A program made the translations under genes and the position numbers. From IMG/VR virus record IMGVR_UViG_3300029818_000003, positions 1 through 58,173 of that record: a DNA stretch of 58,173 nt; one strand, written 5' to 3'. The notes below the pieces were generated by a model, which was not told the DNA's origin, did no database searches, and saw only the letters and a list, made by a program, of their open reading frames with translations. The number at the start of each line of letters is the position of its first letter. Position 1 is the stretch's first letter. Origin of the DNA: a virus (lineage: Duplodnaviria > Caudoviricetes). This document shows, piece by piece, positions 48,500 through 57,865 of this stretch.

Positions 48500-50248
48500 T
48501 TATCCTTGAGCTGCAGCCGTTGCAACTTGACTATCTGAGCCAGCACCGGAAACGCCGAGGCTCCAGTGCTTGCTGAGAACGCCCACGAGGCGCTGCTGTC
48601 GTGTGCCGAGCAGTGCCGGTGTCCAGTCGGAGAGACTGCGCACTTCATTGGTCAGGATGAAAGGTGAGCTCGTACCCTTGCCACTGAAGTAAACATTTCT
48701 CTTGGTGACAAAGTCGTAGTTGCTGGCGGCGGGGTTCTTGCGGACGTGTAAGGGAACCAAGTTGGCCAGCCGATGCGTCCAGGAGTCGCGCGCATCGTCG
48801 TCGGGGAACCACGTCATCCATTCGGACCCGTTTGGCGGGGTCTGCGGCAGAACGTGTTCAAGGGATAGATGGGCAAATGCCTGCTTCTTGCTTCCATCAC
48901 TCACCAAGGCCTCAAGCCTGAGCATCAACGCCATACGGGCCTTGGGCAAGCGGCGGTAAATATCACCGTCCAGTGCTTCGAGGAACTCGCGCTTCTGCTT
49001 GTCGGTAAGGTCTAAGGTCTTGAGGACAGCTGCGTCACCATCGAACGTTTCTACTTCAATTTCTTTGGTGAGGGCGGCATAGGTGTCAATGCGCTCATTG
49101 ATGCCTACCTTTGTAACCAGCAGGAAATAGGTCAGGCGTTCGAGTGATTTGAAGAATGAGGCTAACAAAGATGGCTGTTGCCGGAACCGTTTGAAATAGA
49201 CCAACGCAGGTGGCACCCAGTCCTTAAAGTCGACGCGATTCAACCAAGACAGATAGTCGTTGACCACCTCGGCATGTTCTGTCGCTTCGAAGTCGGAATC
49301 ACGTACAAAATCCCAGACCTCGGCATATGGCTTGATGACCTTGTCGACCAAGTCAATCGGGGCTTTATATTCGGTGACGTAGTCTTGAAACTCTTTGACG
49401 AGTGTCGCCCTTTGCTTCTGCTTGGCGTAGATGGTTCGAATGTGGACAAAGAGGTCGCCAAAGGCATCACGCCCGAGGGCGCTCTCGATTTGGCTCCACT
49501 GTTTGGCGTAGGCCCGGCTCTTAGCGTCACCCGCAATGGTGCGGATCGATCCCAACACTGCCGCTTTTAGAATGTCGATAGGGGCGAGGTCAAGCCCACG
49601 GTTATTCAGCACCGAGAAGATGCGATATGCGGCTTCAAGGTCGGGCGTCGAAATAACGACCAATGAGCAGTCATTGGCGAGGAATTTCCACAGCGCTTCA
49701 CGCTCCGCACTTGAGAGTGCACTGGCCTTTTCCAAAAGCAGCGTAGCGTTTTCACGAAAACGCAGACGACTGTCTTCGAGCTTATCGGTGCTGGCCACTA
49801 GACGTGTGATGCCACCCGGCTCCTGAATGAATGTGCGGAAGAAATCGATATCCTCCTCGCGGGCAATCAGCCGGTACTCATTGGTCTCGCCAAGACTGAC
49901 CTTGCCCTTCTTGTAGAGAAAATCGGTGATGTCATCTGCCGCGTCGGGCATCACTGACCGCAGCACGGCAAAAAGCATTGTTAGCGTACTGATGCGTTGC
50001 TGACCATCGACAACGGATGACTTGGGTTCCCGGTCGTTCTTGATGAGGACGATGCTGCCAAGAAAGTATTGACTCGTCGCCCCTGATGTCCGGGCATCTT
50101 GCATCGCTGACACGAGGTCATTGAAGAGCTCTTCTGCCTGCTCCGTTGTCCAAGCGTATGGACGCTGGTAGTCCGGAATCTCGAACTGGTAGCTGCCCTC
50201 GAAAATCTCTCGGATCAGCTTATCGTGTGCTTCAAGTGTCTTGGCCAT
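48500..50248 (-). CDS. DUF262 + DUF1524 nuclease (GmrSD/SspE-like)
   Basis: PDYQRPYAW, DGQQR, FSVLNNRG, EHVLPQ, LANLVPL. Confidence 0.92.
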   Translation of the reverse strand: MAKTLEAHDKLIREIFEGSYQFEIPDYQRPYAWTTEQAEELFNDLVSAMQDARTSGATSQYFLGSIVLIKNDREPKSSVVDGQQRISTLTMLFAVLRSVMPDAADDITDFLYKKGKVSLGETNEYRLIAREEDIDFFRTFIQEPGGITRLVASTDKLEDSRLRFRENATLLLEKASALSSAEREALWKFLANDCSLVVISTPDLEAAYRIFSVLNNRGLDLAPIDILKAAVLGSIRTIAGDAKSRAYAKQWSQIESALGRDAFGDLFVHIRTIYAKQKQRATLVKEFQDYVTEYKAPIDLVDKVIKPYAEVWDFVRDSDFEATEHAEVVNDYLSWLNRVDFKDWVPPALVYFKRFRQQPSLLASFFKSLERLTYFLLVTKVGINERIDTYAALTKEIEVETFDGDAAVLKTLDLTDKQKREFLEALDGDIYRRLPKARMALMLRLEALVSDGSKKQAFAHLSLEHVLPQTPPNGSEWMTWFPDDDARDSWTHRLANLVPLHVRKNPAASNYDFVTKRNVYFSGKGTSSPFILTNEVRSLSDWTPALLGTRQQRLVGVLSKHWSLGVSGAGSDSQVATAAAQG

Positions 50249-50266
50249 CGTGTTCTGTCTTTCCGT

Positions 50267-51166
50267 CTATTTTTTTGTTTGCGCGACCGGAGGGCGATAC
50301 CCTGGCGCGAGCTTTGCGTTTTCCACACCGTACAAAGCTAGCGGATCGCTGAGCCATAACCGGTACTGTTCTTCTTTGAGGCTGTGATCCGGCGAAGCAT
50401 CCACGCTCCAGCGCAACAGCATGTAGCCCGCGACTGCAGCACGAACGCGCATCCGTATCGAGCCATCCGCCATCCCATAGTCCATCCGGATAATTTCAGG
50501 GCGGCCGAGGCGGGGATGCGGAACCAGCTCCAGCTCAACTATTCGTGTCCACTGGATGTCGTTGTCCGGCCGTTCGTGCGGCAGAGGTTCTTCGTTGAGC
50601 ACGGTCGGTTGCTCAATCCGTGTCACGACGAAATCGCGAAACTCACCGGACTTCCGATCAAATGCTCGAACGTGCCAGCGCAAACCTGTATCTACCAATG
50701 CGAACGGCACGATGACGCGTTCGGACTCGCCACTGCTCATTGAGTGGTAATGAATCGCCACTGGGCGCTTGGCGTGGATGGCCCGGCAGATTGGAGCCAA
50801 GACTTCCATTTGCGGGTTGCTCAAGGAGGCAGGGGATTCACAGGGAAGCAATGGTTTCGTCTCGCCATCTACCCCGTCACCAAAACCCAGCGACAGCGCC
50901 GACAAGACACGCTGCGGCGCGTGCTCAAAAATTGGGGAGAAGGCTTTGCCGATGCGGTAAACCTTGCTGCTTCCGTCGAACTCAATGTTGTGTGGGGCGA
51001 TCTCCCGATACAACGCCAAATCCCGGGTTGCACCAGCCGGGGCAACGCCAAATCGGCCAGCCAGATCAGGCCGCCCGATCTCGCCCATAAAGTAGAGACG
51101 GAACTCAACGTAGGCCAAACGCTCCCGCTGGGCTTGGCTCAGACTTTCAATACGTTGGGGGCGCAT
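50267..51166 (-). CDS. WYL-domain transcriptional regulator (BrxR/CapW-like)
   Basis: N-terminal wHTH (ATRDLALY), YHSMSS, RWHVRAFD...FRDFVVTRI. Confidence 0.92.
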   Translation of the reverse strand: MRPQRIESLSQAQRERLAYVEFRLYFMGEIGRPDLAGRFGVAPAGATRDLALYREIAPHNIEFDGSSKVYRIGKAFSPIFEHAPQRVLSALSLGFGDGVDGETKPLLPCESPASLSNPQMEVLAPICRAIHAKRPVAIHYHSMSSGESERVIVPFALVDTGLRWHVRAFDRKSGEFRDFVVTRIEQPTVLNEEPLPHERPDNDIQWTRIVELELVPHPRLGRPEIIRMDYGMADGSIRMRVRAAVAGYMLLRWSVDASPDHSLKEEQYRLWLSDPLALYGVENAKLAPGYRPPVAQTKK

Positions 51167-51241
51167 GGTCAAGCGCTCCTCATCCATAAGAAGCGACAGT
51201 AAGACCGAAATACGCTGATTGATTGCTCATTTCGTGACCAT

Positions 51242-51266
51242 TAATATCATCAAAGTGATGACATTA
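51242..51266. promoter_or_regulatory. Inverted repeat upstream of the WYL gene, candidate operator
   Basis: TAATATCATCA-AAG-TGATGACATTA; arms match 10/11. Confidence 0.65.
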
Positions 51267-51358
51267 TGCGCCACTGCTTGAGTCTGAGCAAGTGGTCAGT
51301 CTGGACAAATCATCGAAACCACGCCCTCAAGATCAAAACCTTGCTATCCTTGTCGGGA

Positions 51359-51390
51359 TGCGGACGCGGGTTCGGTTCCGTGTTCCACCA
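51359..51390 (+). repeat. Degenerate duplicate of the ssrA 3' end (att junction between the two islands)
   Basis: TGCGGACGCGGGTTCG identical to 40..55, then GTTCCGTGT-TCCACCA. Confidence 0.85.
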
Positions 51391-51426
51391 CCATTTACCT
51401 GTATTACCAAGTACCAAGAAGTCCCT

Positions 51427-51454
51427 AAAGCCCGCTACCAGCGGGCTTTTTCTT
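51427..51454 (+). terminator. Terminator after the ssrA fragment
   Basis: AAAGCCCGCT-acc-AGCGGGCTTT followed by Ts. Confidence 0.7.
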
Positions 51455-51506
51455 TGGTTTCTTGTCCTAGTGCGTCCTATCTTATCCCATTGCATCCGGC
51501 AGTTAA

Positions 51507-51558
51507 TGGGGGTATAAATGTGGGGTACATCGTGTACCCCCGTATGGAGATACCCCCA
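51507..51558. repeat. Integrase arm-type sites
   Basis: TGGGGGTAT and TGGGGTAC, with inverted GTACCCCC and ATACCCCCA, just before the int ATG. Confidence 0.6.
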
Positions 51559-51559
51559 A

Positions 51560-52774
51560 ATGGCCCTGACAAATACCGCCGTATTGAACGCAAAGCCCGA
51601 GGCAAAGCCGCGCAAGCTGGCTGACGAAAAGGGGCTGTTTCTGCTGGTGCATTCCAATGGCTCCAAATATTGGAGGCTGAAATATCGTTTTGGGGGTAGA
51701 GAAAAGCTGCTGGCCCTGGGGGTATATCCCGAGGTTTCGCTGGCCGATGCCAGGCAACGGCGTGATGATGCCCGCAAGCTGCTGGCAAATGGTATTGACC
51801 CCGGCGAATTCAAGCAGCAGGCCAAGCGTGCGATCAATGAAATTTCAGTGAATAGCTTTGAGGCTGTGGCCCGCGAATGGTACGCGAAGAATAAGACCAG
51901 CTGGAGTGAATCTCACGGCGAGCGCATCATCCGCCGGTTAGAGCGTGATATTTTCCCCTGGATTGGTGGCAAGCCGATTGCTACCCTGACTGCCCCCGAT
52001 CTGCTGTCAGCAGTCCGGCGCATAGAGTCACGCGGGGCTGTGGAAACTTCGCACCGGGCCTTGCAGAACTGCGGCCAGGTGCTGCGCTATGCCGTAGCAA
52101 CCGGCAGGGCAGAGCGGGACGTTTCAGCCGATCTCAAAGGGGCGCTGCCTCAAGTCAGACAAACGCACCTTGCAGCCGTGACAGAGCCTGAAAAGGTGGC
52201 CCCCATGCTGCGGGCATTCGATAGCTATTCCGGCTCGTTCGTGACCAAATGCGCCCTGCGACTTGCCCCGCTGGTGTTTGTTCGCCCTGGTGAGTTGCGT
52301 CATGCAGAATGGGCGGATATTGACCTGGAGGCCGGCGAATGGCGATACATGGTCACAAAAACCAAAACCCCGCACCTTGTCCCATTGGCCCGGCAGGCTG
52401 TGGAAATTCTCAAAGAATTGCACCCGCTGACCGGGCAAGGGCGTTACGTTTTCCCAAGTGCTCGCACCAGCGAACGTCCCATGAGTGATAACGCCATACT
52501 GGCCGCGCTGCGGCGCATGAATATCGGCAAAGATGAAATGACCGGGCACGGATTCCGGGCCATGGCTCGCACCATTCTGGATGAAATCCTGGGCGTGCGG
52601 CCTGACTATATCGAGCACCAGCTGGCCCATGCAGTCCGGGATCCGAACGGCAGGGCATACAACCGAACAGCGCACCTGGCCGAACGCCGGAAAATGATGC
52701 AGTTATGGGCGGATTATCTGGACAAGTTGAAGGCCGGCGCTGAGGTGTTGCCGTTCAAATCTGGCAGGGCCTGA
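51560..52774 (+). CDS. P4-family tyrosine integrase
   Basis: Arm-binding domain (LGVYPEVSLADAR), VRPGELR, HGFR, QLAH, AYNR. Confidence 0.95.
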   Translation: MALTNTAVLNAKPEAKPRKLADEKGLFLLVHSNGSKYWRLKYRFGGREKLLALGVYPEVSLADARQRRDDARKLLANGIDPGEFKQQAKRAINEISVNSFEAVAREWYAKNKTSWSESHGERIIRRLERDIFPWIGGKPIATLTAPDLLSAVRRIESRGAVETSHRALQNCGQVLRYAVATGRAERDVSADLKGALPQVRQTHLAAVTEPEKVAPMLRAFDSYSGSFVTKCALRLAPLVFVRPGELRHAEWADIDLEAGEWRYMVTKTKTPHLVPLARQAVEILKELHPLTGQGRYVFPSARTSERPMSDNAILAALRRMNIGKDEMTGHGFRAMARTILDEILGVRPDYIEHQLAHAVRDPNGRAYNRTAHLAERRKMMQLWADYLDKLKAGAEVLPFKSGRA

Positions 52775-52797
52775 TCTGTGTTTTCCCGTTCAGACAT

Positions 52798-52900
52798 TGT
52801 TATTTTCGGTTGGGACAGGTTGGGACAGTTGGGACATGGCGTCTTTACTGGCTTTCAGCCGTCCCAACTTTTTTTAAATGAGTTGGGACAGTTGGGACAA
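52798..52900 (+). repeat. 103-bp iteron block, copy 1 (GTTGGGAC x5 plus 1 inverted)
   Basis: Reverse complement of 57866..57968 with 3 mismatches. Confidence 0.95.
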
Positions 52901-53104
52901 TCTGTCTTGTGCTGTCTTGTGCGGTTCATTAATCGGGCGATTTTGCCGCGCTTGCTATTTCTCTGCGGGCATTCCACCGATGCAAGATGTGGATTAAGGG
53001 TGATACCGTTATACGTGCGGCTCACGTATTAATGACGGGTTTTGCTAGTGCAGGAACACCAGCAAAACCCTGACCATAATCAAACCTGAATAGGAGGCTT
53101 CAAT

Positions 53105-53551
53105 ATGGCTACCGGCGATTCTACAGCAGCGCCAATCAAACAAAATACAGACGTCTGTACTTTTCACCAAAGGCTTCAAGTGATGTTGAAAGTATCCGGG
53201 TATGAATCAATCGAAGATCAATTGAAAGCACTTGAGCAGCTGACCGGTAAAAAGCCCAGAACTGTTGCAGGATGGGTTAAAGGTAGGGCAAAACCATGCC
53301 CTGGCAATTTCAGCAAAATACTTTCCGGCTTGTCTATGTGGCCGGCTGCTGAATGGCTTCAGTATGGGGAGGGCCCCGGCCCTTATGCGGTCAAGGTTGT
53401 TAATGCGATGAAGAAAATGACAGAGTGGCAGCAAGGCCAGTTTGTAAGGATGGGGATACGGCTGATGAATCAAGACCCGAAAGCCTTGCGATTAATTGAT
53501 ATGTATAACCGAGGGCAGATTGATAACAATGAATTATTGCGCCTGATGTAA
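53105..53551 (+). CDS. Cro/CI-like HTH protein
   Basis: FHQRL...TGKKPRTVAGWVKG...AEWLQYGEG; GGAGG RBS. Confidence 0.65.
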   Translation: MATGDSTAAPIKQNTDVCTFHQRLQVMLKVSGYESIEDQLKALEQLTGKKPRTVAGWVKGRAKPCPGNFSKILSGLSMWPAAEWLQYGEGPGPYAVKVVNAMKKMTEWQQGQFVRMGIRLMNQDPKALRLIDMYNRGQIDNNELLRLM

Positions 53552-53645
53552 GGTTTTGCTGCCCCTAGTCTGGCCGGACGAAAAGCGGAAACCTTCACCG
53601 CCTGGGGCAGCCCCTCAATGAAGGTTGCACTTTGAAGGGGTGCGC

Positions 53646-54206
53646 ATGGATAAAGATACAGATGATTACAAAAGCGGAATGGTTCGGCTGACAAAGCATG
53701 TCGCCCGTTTGCATGAGGGTGAGAATCTTAACTCTCGTTCTAAGCACAAGAAGATGCTGGGAGAATTAGCCGAAAGTCTAGATCAAGCTGCAAGCCTAAT
53801 GGAGTATGACTATATGGAATTGCTATTGCAGTCATTTCATGATTGGCGAGGGGCAACCGGCAGAATGACAGGCGAACAACGCTGGGAGTCATATCGGGCG
53901 ATTAAGTGCCATATTCGAGAATTGGCAGAATCAGCCCGCCAAGCAGTAGATGAAATACCTGATTCACGAAAGAAGTTTGCGCTAGATTTTGCTGCACGCG
54001 GATTTTTGCACCTTCGGCATTATTACGGCTTATCGAGACCAAAATTATATGATGGCGGATCTGATATTTCTGAATTTGCTGATCTATGTAAAAACGCAGG
54101 AATACATCTTTCCAATGAAAGCTACAGAGGTACGTTAAGAAAATCTATTGAGACTTTTGACCCTTATTTCATTACTGGTTATGAAGAAATTATTTTCCCT
54201 CAGTAA
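53646..54206 (+). CDS. Hypothetical protein (AT-rich)
   Basis: ORF with a purine-rich RBS; no recognised motif. Confidence 0.65.
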   Translation: MDKDTDDYKSGMVRLTKHVARLHEGENLNSRSKHKKMLGELAESLDQAASLMEYDYMELLLQSFHDWRGATGRMTGEQRWESYRAIKCHIRELAESARQAVDEIPDSRKKFALDFAARGFLHLRHYYGLSRPKLYDGGSDISEFADLCKNAGIHLSNESYRGTLRKSIETFDPYFITGYEEIIFPQ

Positions 54207-54326
54207 GTTAAGGTTAAGCGTTATTTTTTAGTGGAAAGATTACCTAGAAGATACTTGCTTTAAATTTTGTAATGGCATCGCACGGTGTCCAATTGTTGGC
54301 GCTGGCATCCAATAGGAGATTATGCG

Positions 54327-54533
54327 ATGACTATTCAACTACCTCAAACGGGTTTCGTCCGTTTGTCTCAAATTCTGGGAGTTATTCCCATTGGTAAATC
54401 TACCTGGTGGGCTGGTGTCAAAGCCGGCAAGTATCCGGCACCCATTAAGCTGGGTGAAAATACCACAGTCTGGAAGGCTGAAGATATTCACGCCCTGATT
54501 TTGCGTTTGTCGAATGAAGGGGGTGCCAAATGA
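54327..54533 (+). CDS. alpA: AlpA-family regulator
   Basis: GFVRLSQIL...KSTWWAGVKAGKYPAPIKLG...W. Confidence 0.9.
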   Translation: MTIQLPQTGFVRLSQILGVIPIGKSTWWAGVKAGKYPAPIKLGENTTVWKAEDIHALILRLSNEGGAK

Positions 54534-54925
54534 CTACCCCCCAATTGGATGAACACACAAAAGACTGTGAAGCGGCGCTATGTGTCGCTGATAGTTTTGA
54601 GGCGGCTTTTGAGTGTTTGCCCCTCATTCTGAAGGGGCATGATTCACTGACGCCAACCGATGCTATTTTAGTGTTTGGTTATGCATTGTTGCATCAGATG
54701 AAAAGGAATCATTGGGACGTTACAGATTCCCTTTGCGATCTGCTGGATAGTGTTGATTGCCTGGCGGCGCAAATTGCCGCCAAAGATGAATTAACCGAGC
54801 ATGAAAGGCAGGTGGTATACCGGGCGCTAGAAGCTGACTATATAGCGAATGCCAATCCAGCGGATATAGCGGCAATGGATAGCGCATTGGCAAGATTCAA
54901 GCGGCTTGCCGGTCTGGATTCGTGA
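54530..54925 (+). CDS. Hypothetical protein
   Basis: ATGA/GTGA coupling to alpA and the primase. Confidence 0.65.
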   Translation: MTTPQLDEHTKDCEAALCVADSFEAAFECLPLILKGHDSLTPTDAILVFGYALLHQMKRNHWDVTDSLCDLLDSVDCLAAQIAAKDELTEHERQVVYRALEADYIANANPADIAAMDSALARFKRLAGLDS

Positions 54926-57822
54926 CCATGGCCGGACAATTTGACAAGATCAAGGCCGCATCCCTTGCGAGCATTGAAAGCGTTTTGAACCGCTGGCTGC
55001 CTGGCGGACAACGCAAGGGCCGTGAATATCTGGCCCTGAATCCGAACCGGGCCGACAGTAAGCCCGGCTCATTTTCCATTAATCTGGATAGCGGCGCATG
55101 GGCCGATTTTGCCACAGGCGATAAGGGCGGCGATCTGGTGTCGCTGGTGGCTTACATCGAGGGAAAAAAGCAGGGCGAGGCCGCCAAGCTGCTGGCTGAC
55201 TTTCTGGGGGTGAATGTCGACAAAACGGACCCACAGAAACGCGCCACAAGCGCACAAAATCAGGCCGGCAATAGTCAGGCACCAGCGCAAGAGAATAAAA
55301 CAAGCTGGCGGCCAGTGCTGCCCGTCCCTGCAAACTCAAGACCGCCGAAAGCGCACCCCAAGCACGGTTTGCCTTCCACGCAATGGGAATACCTGGGAGA
55401 GGATGGCAGCTTGCGCTGCCTTGTCTATCGGTTTGAACCGAAAGCGGACGGCGAGCGCAAGCAATTTTGCCCTTTGACCTGGTGCGAATCAGCGGACGGC
55501 AAGCGGCGGGCATGGCGCTGGCAGGGGTTGCCGGAACCGAGGCCGCTTTATCACCTGGACCAGCTGGCGGCACGCGATGCCGCCGCCGTGATCGTTTGCG
55601 AGGGTGAAAAGGCAGCGGACGCGGCCAGCCTGCTATTTCCTGAATGTGTGGCCGTGACCATGTTGAACGGGGCGCAAGCACCAGCAAAAACGGATTGGCG
55701 GCCACTGGCTGGGCGCACTGTCTGGCTATGGCCGGACAATGACGCGCCGGGCCTTGAGTGCATGGCGACTGTTGCCAGATTGGCCGGCGAGGCTGGCGCG
55801 GTCATGCTGAAGATGATTGATCTATCAGCCTTTGCCCGGACCCCAAGCCAGAACGAGGCCGGCGAACCCGTGCTGTTGCCGGGTAGCCCTGTACCTGAAA
55901 AGTGGGATGCAGCGGACGCACTGGCGGGCGGGTGGACGGCGGCGCATGTTTTTCTGTTGCGTAAAGAGGGCGGCATTCTGGTTAATCCGCCCAAGCCCAG
56001 CACCAGCACCAACACAGCCGATAAAAACGAGAGGCAGGAGGCCACCGATCTGGAGCCGCCGCGCACCCGCTTTCATTGCAACGATGAAGGCGTGTGGTAT
56101 TTCGGCAAGAATGAAAACGGCACAGAGGCCCCGCCGCTTTGGGTGTGCTCACGGCTGGAAATCACGGCAGTAACGCGGGATGCTAAAAACGAATCATGGG
56201 GGCGGCTGCTTGAGTTTGACGATCTGGACGGCCAGCACCATGCCTGGGCCATGCCTATGGAAATGCTGAAGGGGGATGGCGCGGAATACCGGGGCGTTTT
56301 GCTTTCAATGGGCCTGCAAATGTCCACCATGACCAAAGCCCGCAACCTGCTGACGCAATACATACAGACAGCGCCAGTAGATCAACGTGCCCGCTGTGTG
56401 GAGCGCACCGGCTGGCATGGGCGGGTTTTCGTAATGCCAGAGCGCACGCTGGGCGATGCCGGCGAGCGCATTCTGTTTCAATCAAGCACCAGCACCCCAA
56501 GCACCTTTAAACAGCGCGGCCAGTTGTCCGATTGGAAGCAGAACATTGCCGGGCTTTGTTCTGGTAACTCCCGACTGGTGTTTGCGGTATCTGCCGCCCT
56601 GGCAGCCCCATTGCTGGAAATGACCGGCATTGAATCAGGCGGCTTTCATTTTCGTGGAGATAGTTCTACAGGCAAGACAACGGCGCTCAGGGTTGCCGCT
56701 TCAGTATGGGGCGGCCTTGAATACCTGCAACGCTGGCGGGCCACTGATAACGGACTTGAGGCACTGGCCGCACAGCATAGCGATTGCCTGCTGGTGCTGG
56801 ATGAAATCAGCCAGGTTGACCCAAAGGCAGCGGGCGAGGTGGCCTATATGCTTGCCAATGGCAGCGGCAAGGCGAGAGCCAGCCGAACCGGCACCATGCG
56901 GGAAACCGCAAACTGGCGGCTTCTGTTTTTGTCGAGCGGCGAGGCAGGGCTGGCAGAGCACATGGCACAGGCAAACCGCAAGCCAAAGGCCGGGCAGGAA
57001 ATCCGCCTGCTGGATATTCCGGCAGATGCCGGGGCAGGTCAGGGCATGTTTGAGGATCTCCACCATTACGCCGGCGGGGCTGCATTCTCAAGGGCGGTTA
57101 CTGAGGCGGTATCAAAGCATTACGGCACGGCGGCCCTTTCGTTCCTGCTTAAGCTGGTGAAGCAGCCGCCCGATTGGGCAGCCAATGTAGTCAAGCGCCA
57201 GCAGCGGGAGTTTAAGGCGGCGCATGTGCCAGAGAATGCCGGCGGACAGGTAGAGCGGGCTGCCTTGCGCTTTGCCCTGGTGGGTACGGCTGGCGAGATG
57301 GCAACGGACTGTGAGATTACGGGCTGGCAGCCGGGTGAGGCAATGTCAGCAGCTGCGGCCTGTTTCAAAGCGTGGCTGAATCAGCGCGGTAGCTCTGGCA
57401 ATCTTGAAGAAGTGCAGATGCTGGCACAGATTCGGCGCTTTTTTGAAGTGAATGGTGAAGCCCGCTTTACTGACTGGAATAGACCTGTTGCAGACGATAC
57501 ACATGCGCCAAAGACAGTTAACCGGGCGGGCTATAGAAGGCATATTGATGCCCAGGATGAAGAAGGCCGAACAATTTACACTGGTGAATACTACCCTGAA
57601 GGTGATGAAAAAATAGCCAAGGATACTGAATACTACGTTTTCCCTGTTACTTTTGAGCAAGAGGTATGCGCTGGGTTCGATTATCGTGCAGTCTGTCGGT
57701 TGATGGCCGATCGTGGCATGTTGCTGACTGAGGGCAAGAGCTTTAAACGCAAGGAGCGATTGCCTGGAGGTGAGTACCCTAGATGCTACAGAGTTACTTC
57801 AAAAATATTCAGTGATGAATAA
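54922..57822 (+). CDS. Toprim primase fused to DUF927 helicase
   Basis: CEGEK, WPDND, KWDAAD; TGWH, GDSSTGKTT, WRATDNGLE, LDEI, YMLANG.GK, LSSGE. Confidence 0.92.
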   Translation: MTMAGQFDKIKAASLASIESVLNRWLPGGQRKGREYLALNPNRADSKPGSFSINLDSGAWADFATGDKGGDLVSLVAYIEGKKQGEAAKLLADFLGVNVDKTDPQKRATSAQNQAGNSQAPAQENKTSWRPVLPVPANSRPPKAHPKHGLPSTQWEYLGEDGSLRCLVYRFEPKADGERKQFCPLTWCESADGKRRAWRWQGLPEPRPLYHLDQLAARDAAAVIVCEGEKAADAASLLFPECVAVTMLNGAQAPAKTDWRPLAGRTVWLWPDNDAPGLECMATVARLAGEAGAVMLKMIDLSAFARTPSQNEAGEPVLLPGSPVPEKWDAADALAGGWTAAHVFLLRKEGGILVNPPKPSTSTNTADKNERQEATDLEPPRTRFHCNDEGVWYFGKNENGTEAPPLWVCSRLEITAVTRDAKNESWGRLLEFDDLDGQHHAWAMPMEMLKGDGAEYRGVLLSMGLQMSTMTKARNLLTQYIQTAPVDQRARCVERTGWHGRVFVMPERTLGDAGERILFQSSTSTPSTFKQRGQLSDWKQNIAGLCSGNSRLVFAVSAALAAPLLEMTGIESGGFHFRGDSSTGKTTALRVAASVWGGLEYLQRWRATDNGLEALAAQHSDCLLVLDEISQVDPKAAGEVAYMLANGSGKARASRTGTMRETANWRLLFLSSGEAGLAEHMAQANRKPKAGQEIRLLDIPADAGAGQGMFEDLHHYAGGAAFSRAVTEAVSKHYGTAALSFLLKLVKQPPDWAANVVKRQQREFKAAHVPENAGGQVERAALRFALVGTAGEMATDCEITGWQPGEAMSAAAACFKAWLNQRGSSGNLEEVQMLAQIRRFFEVNGEARFTDWNRPVADDTHAPKTVNRAGYRRHIDAQDEEGRTIYTGEYYPEGDEKIAKDTEYYVFPVTFEQEVCAGFDYRAVCRLMADRGMLLTEGKSFKRKERLPGGEYPRCYRVTSKIFSDE

Positions 57823-57865
57823 TGATGGTCAAATGTGTGGACGGTATGGGACTCGCCTGTTCAAT

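Larger units (their letters stand above)
75..51390. mobile_element. Serine-recombinase prophage (lambda-like head, non-contractile tail) with terminal defence cargo, integrated at ssrA
   Basis: Bounded by the ssrA 3' end and a degenerate duplicate of it; contains recombinase, replication, terminase, portal, capsid, tail and lysis genes. Confidence 0.85.

Noticed and set aside
43575-51166. Calling the cargo BREX, DISARM, Zorya or Mza
   Set aside because: Signature genes are not evident (PglZ/PglX, DUF1998/PLD, ZorAB, Z1/AIPR)
51359-51393. Functional tRNA gene
   Set aside because: Only a damaged T-arm/acceptor fragment matching ssrA, with no 5' half
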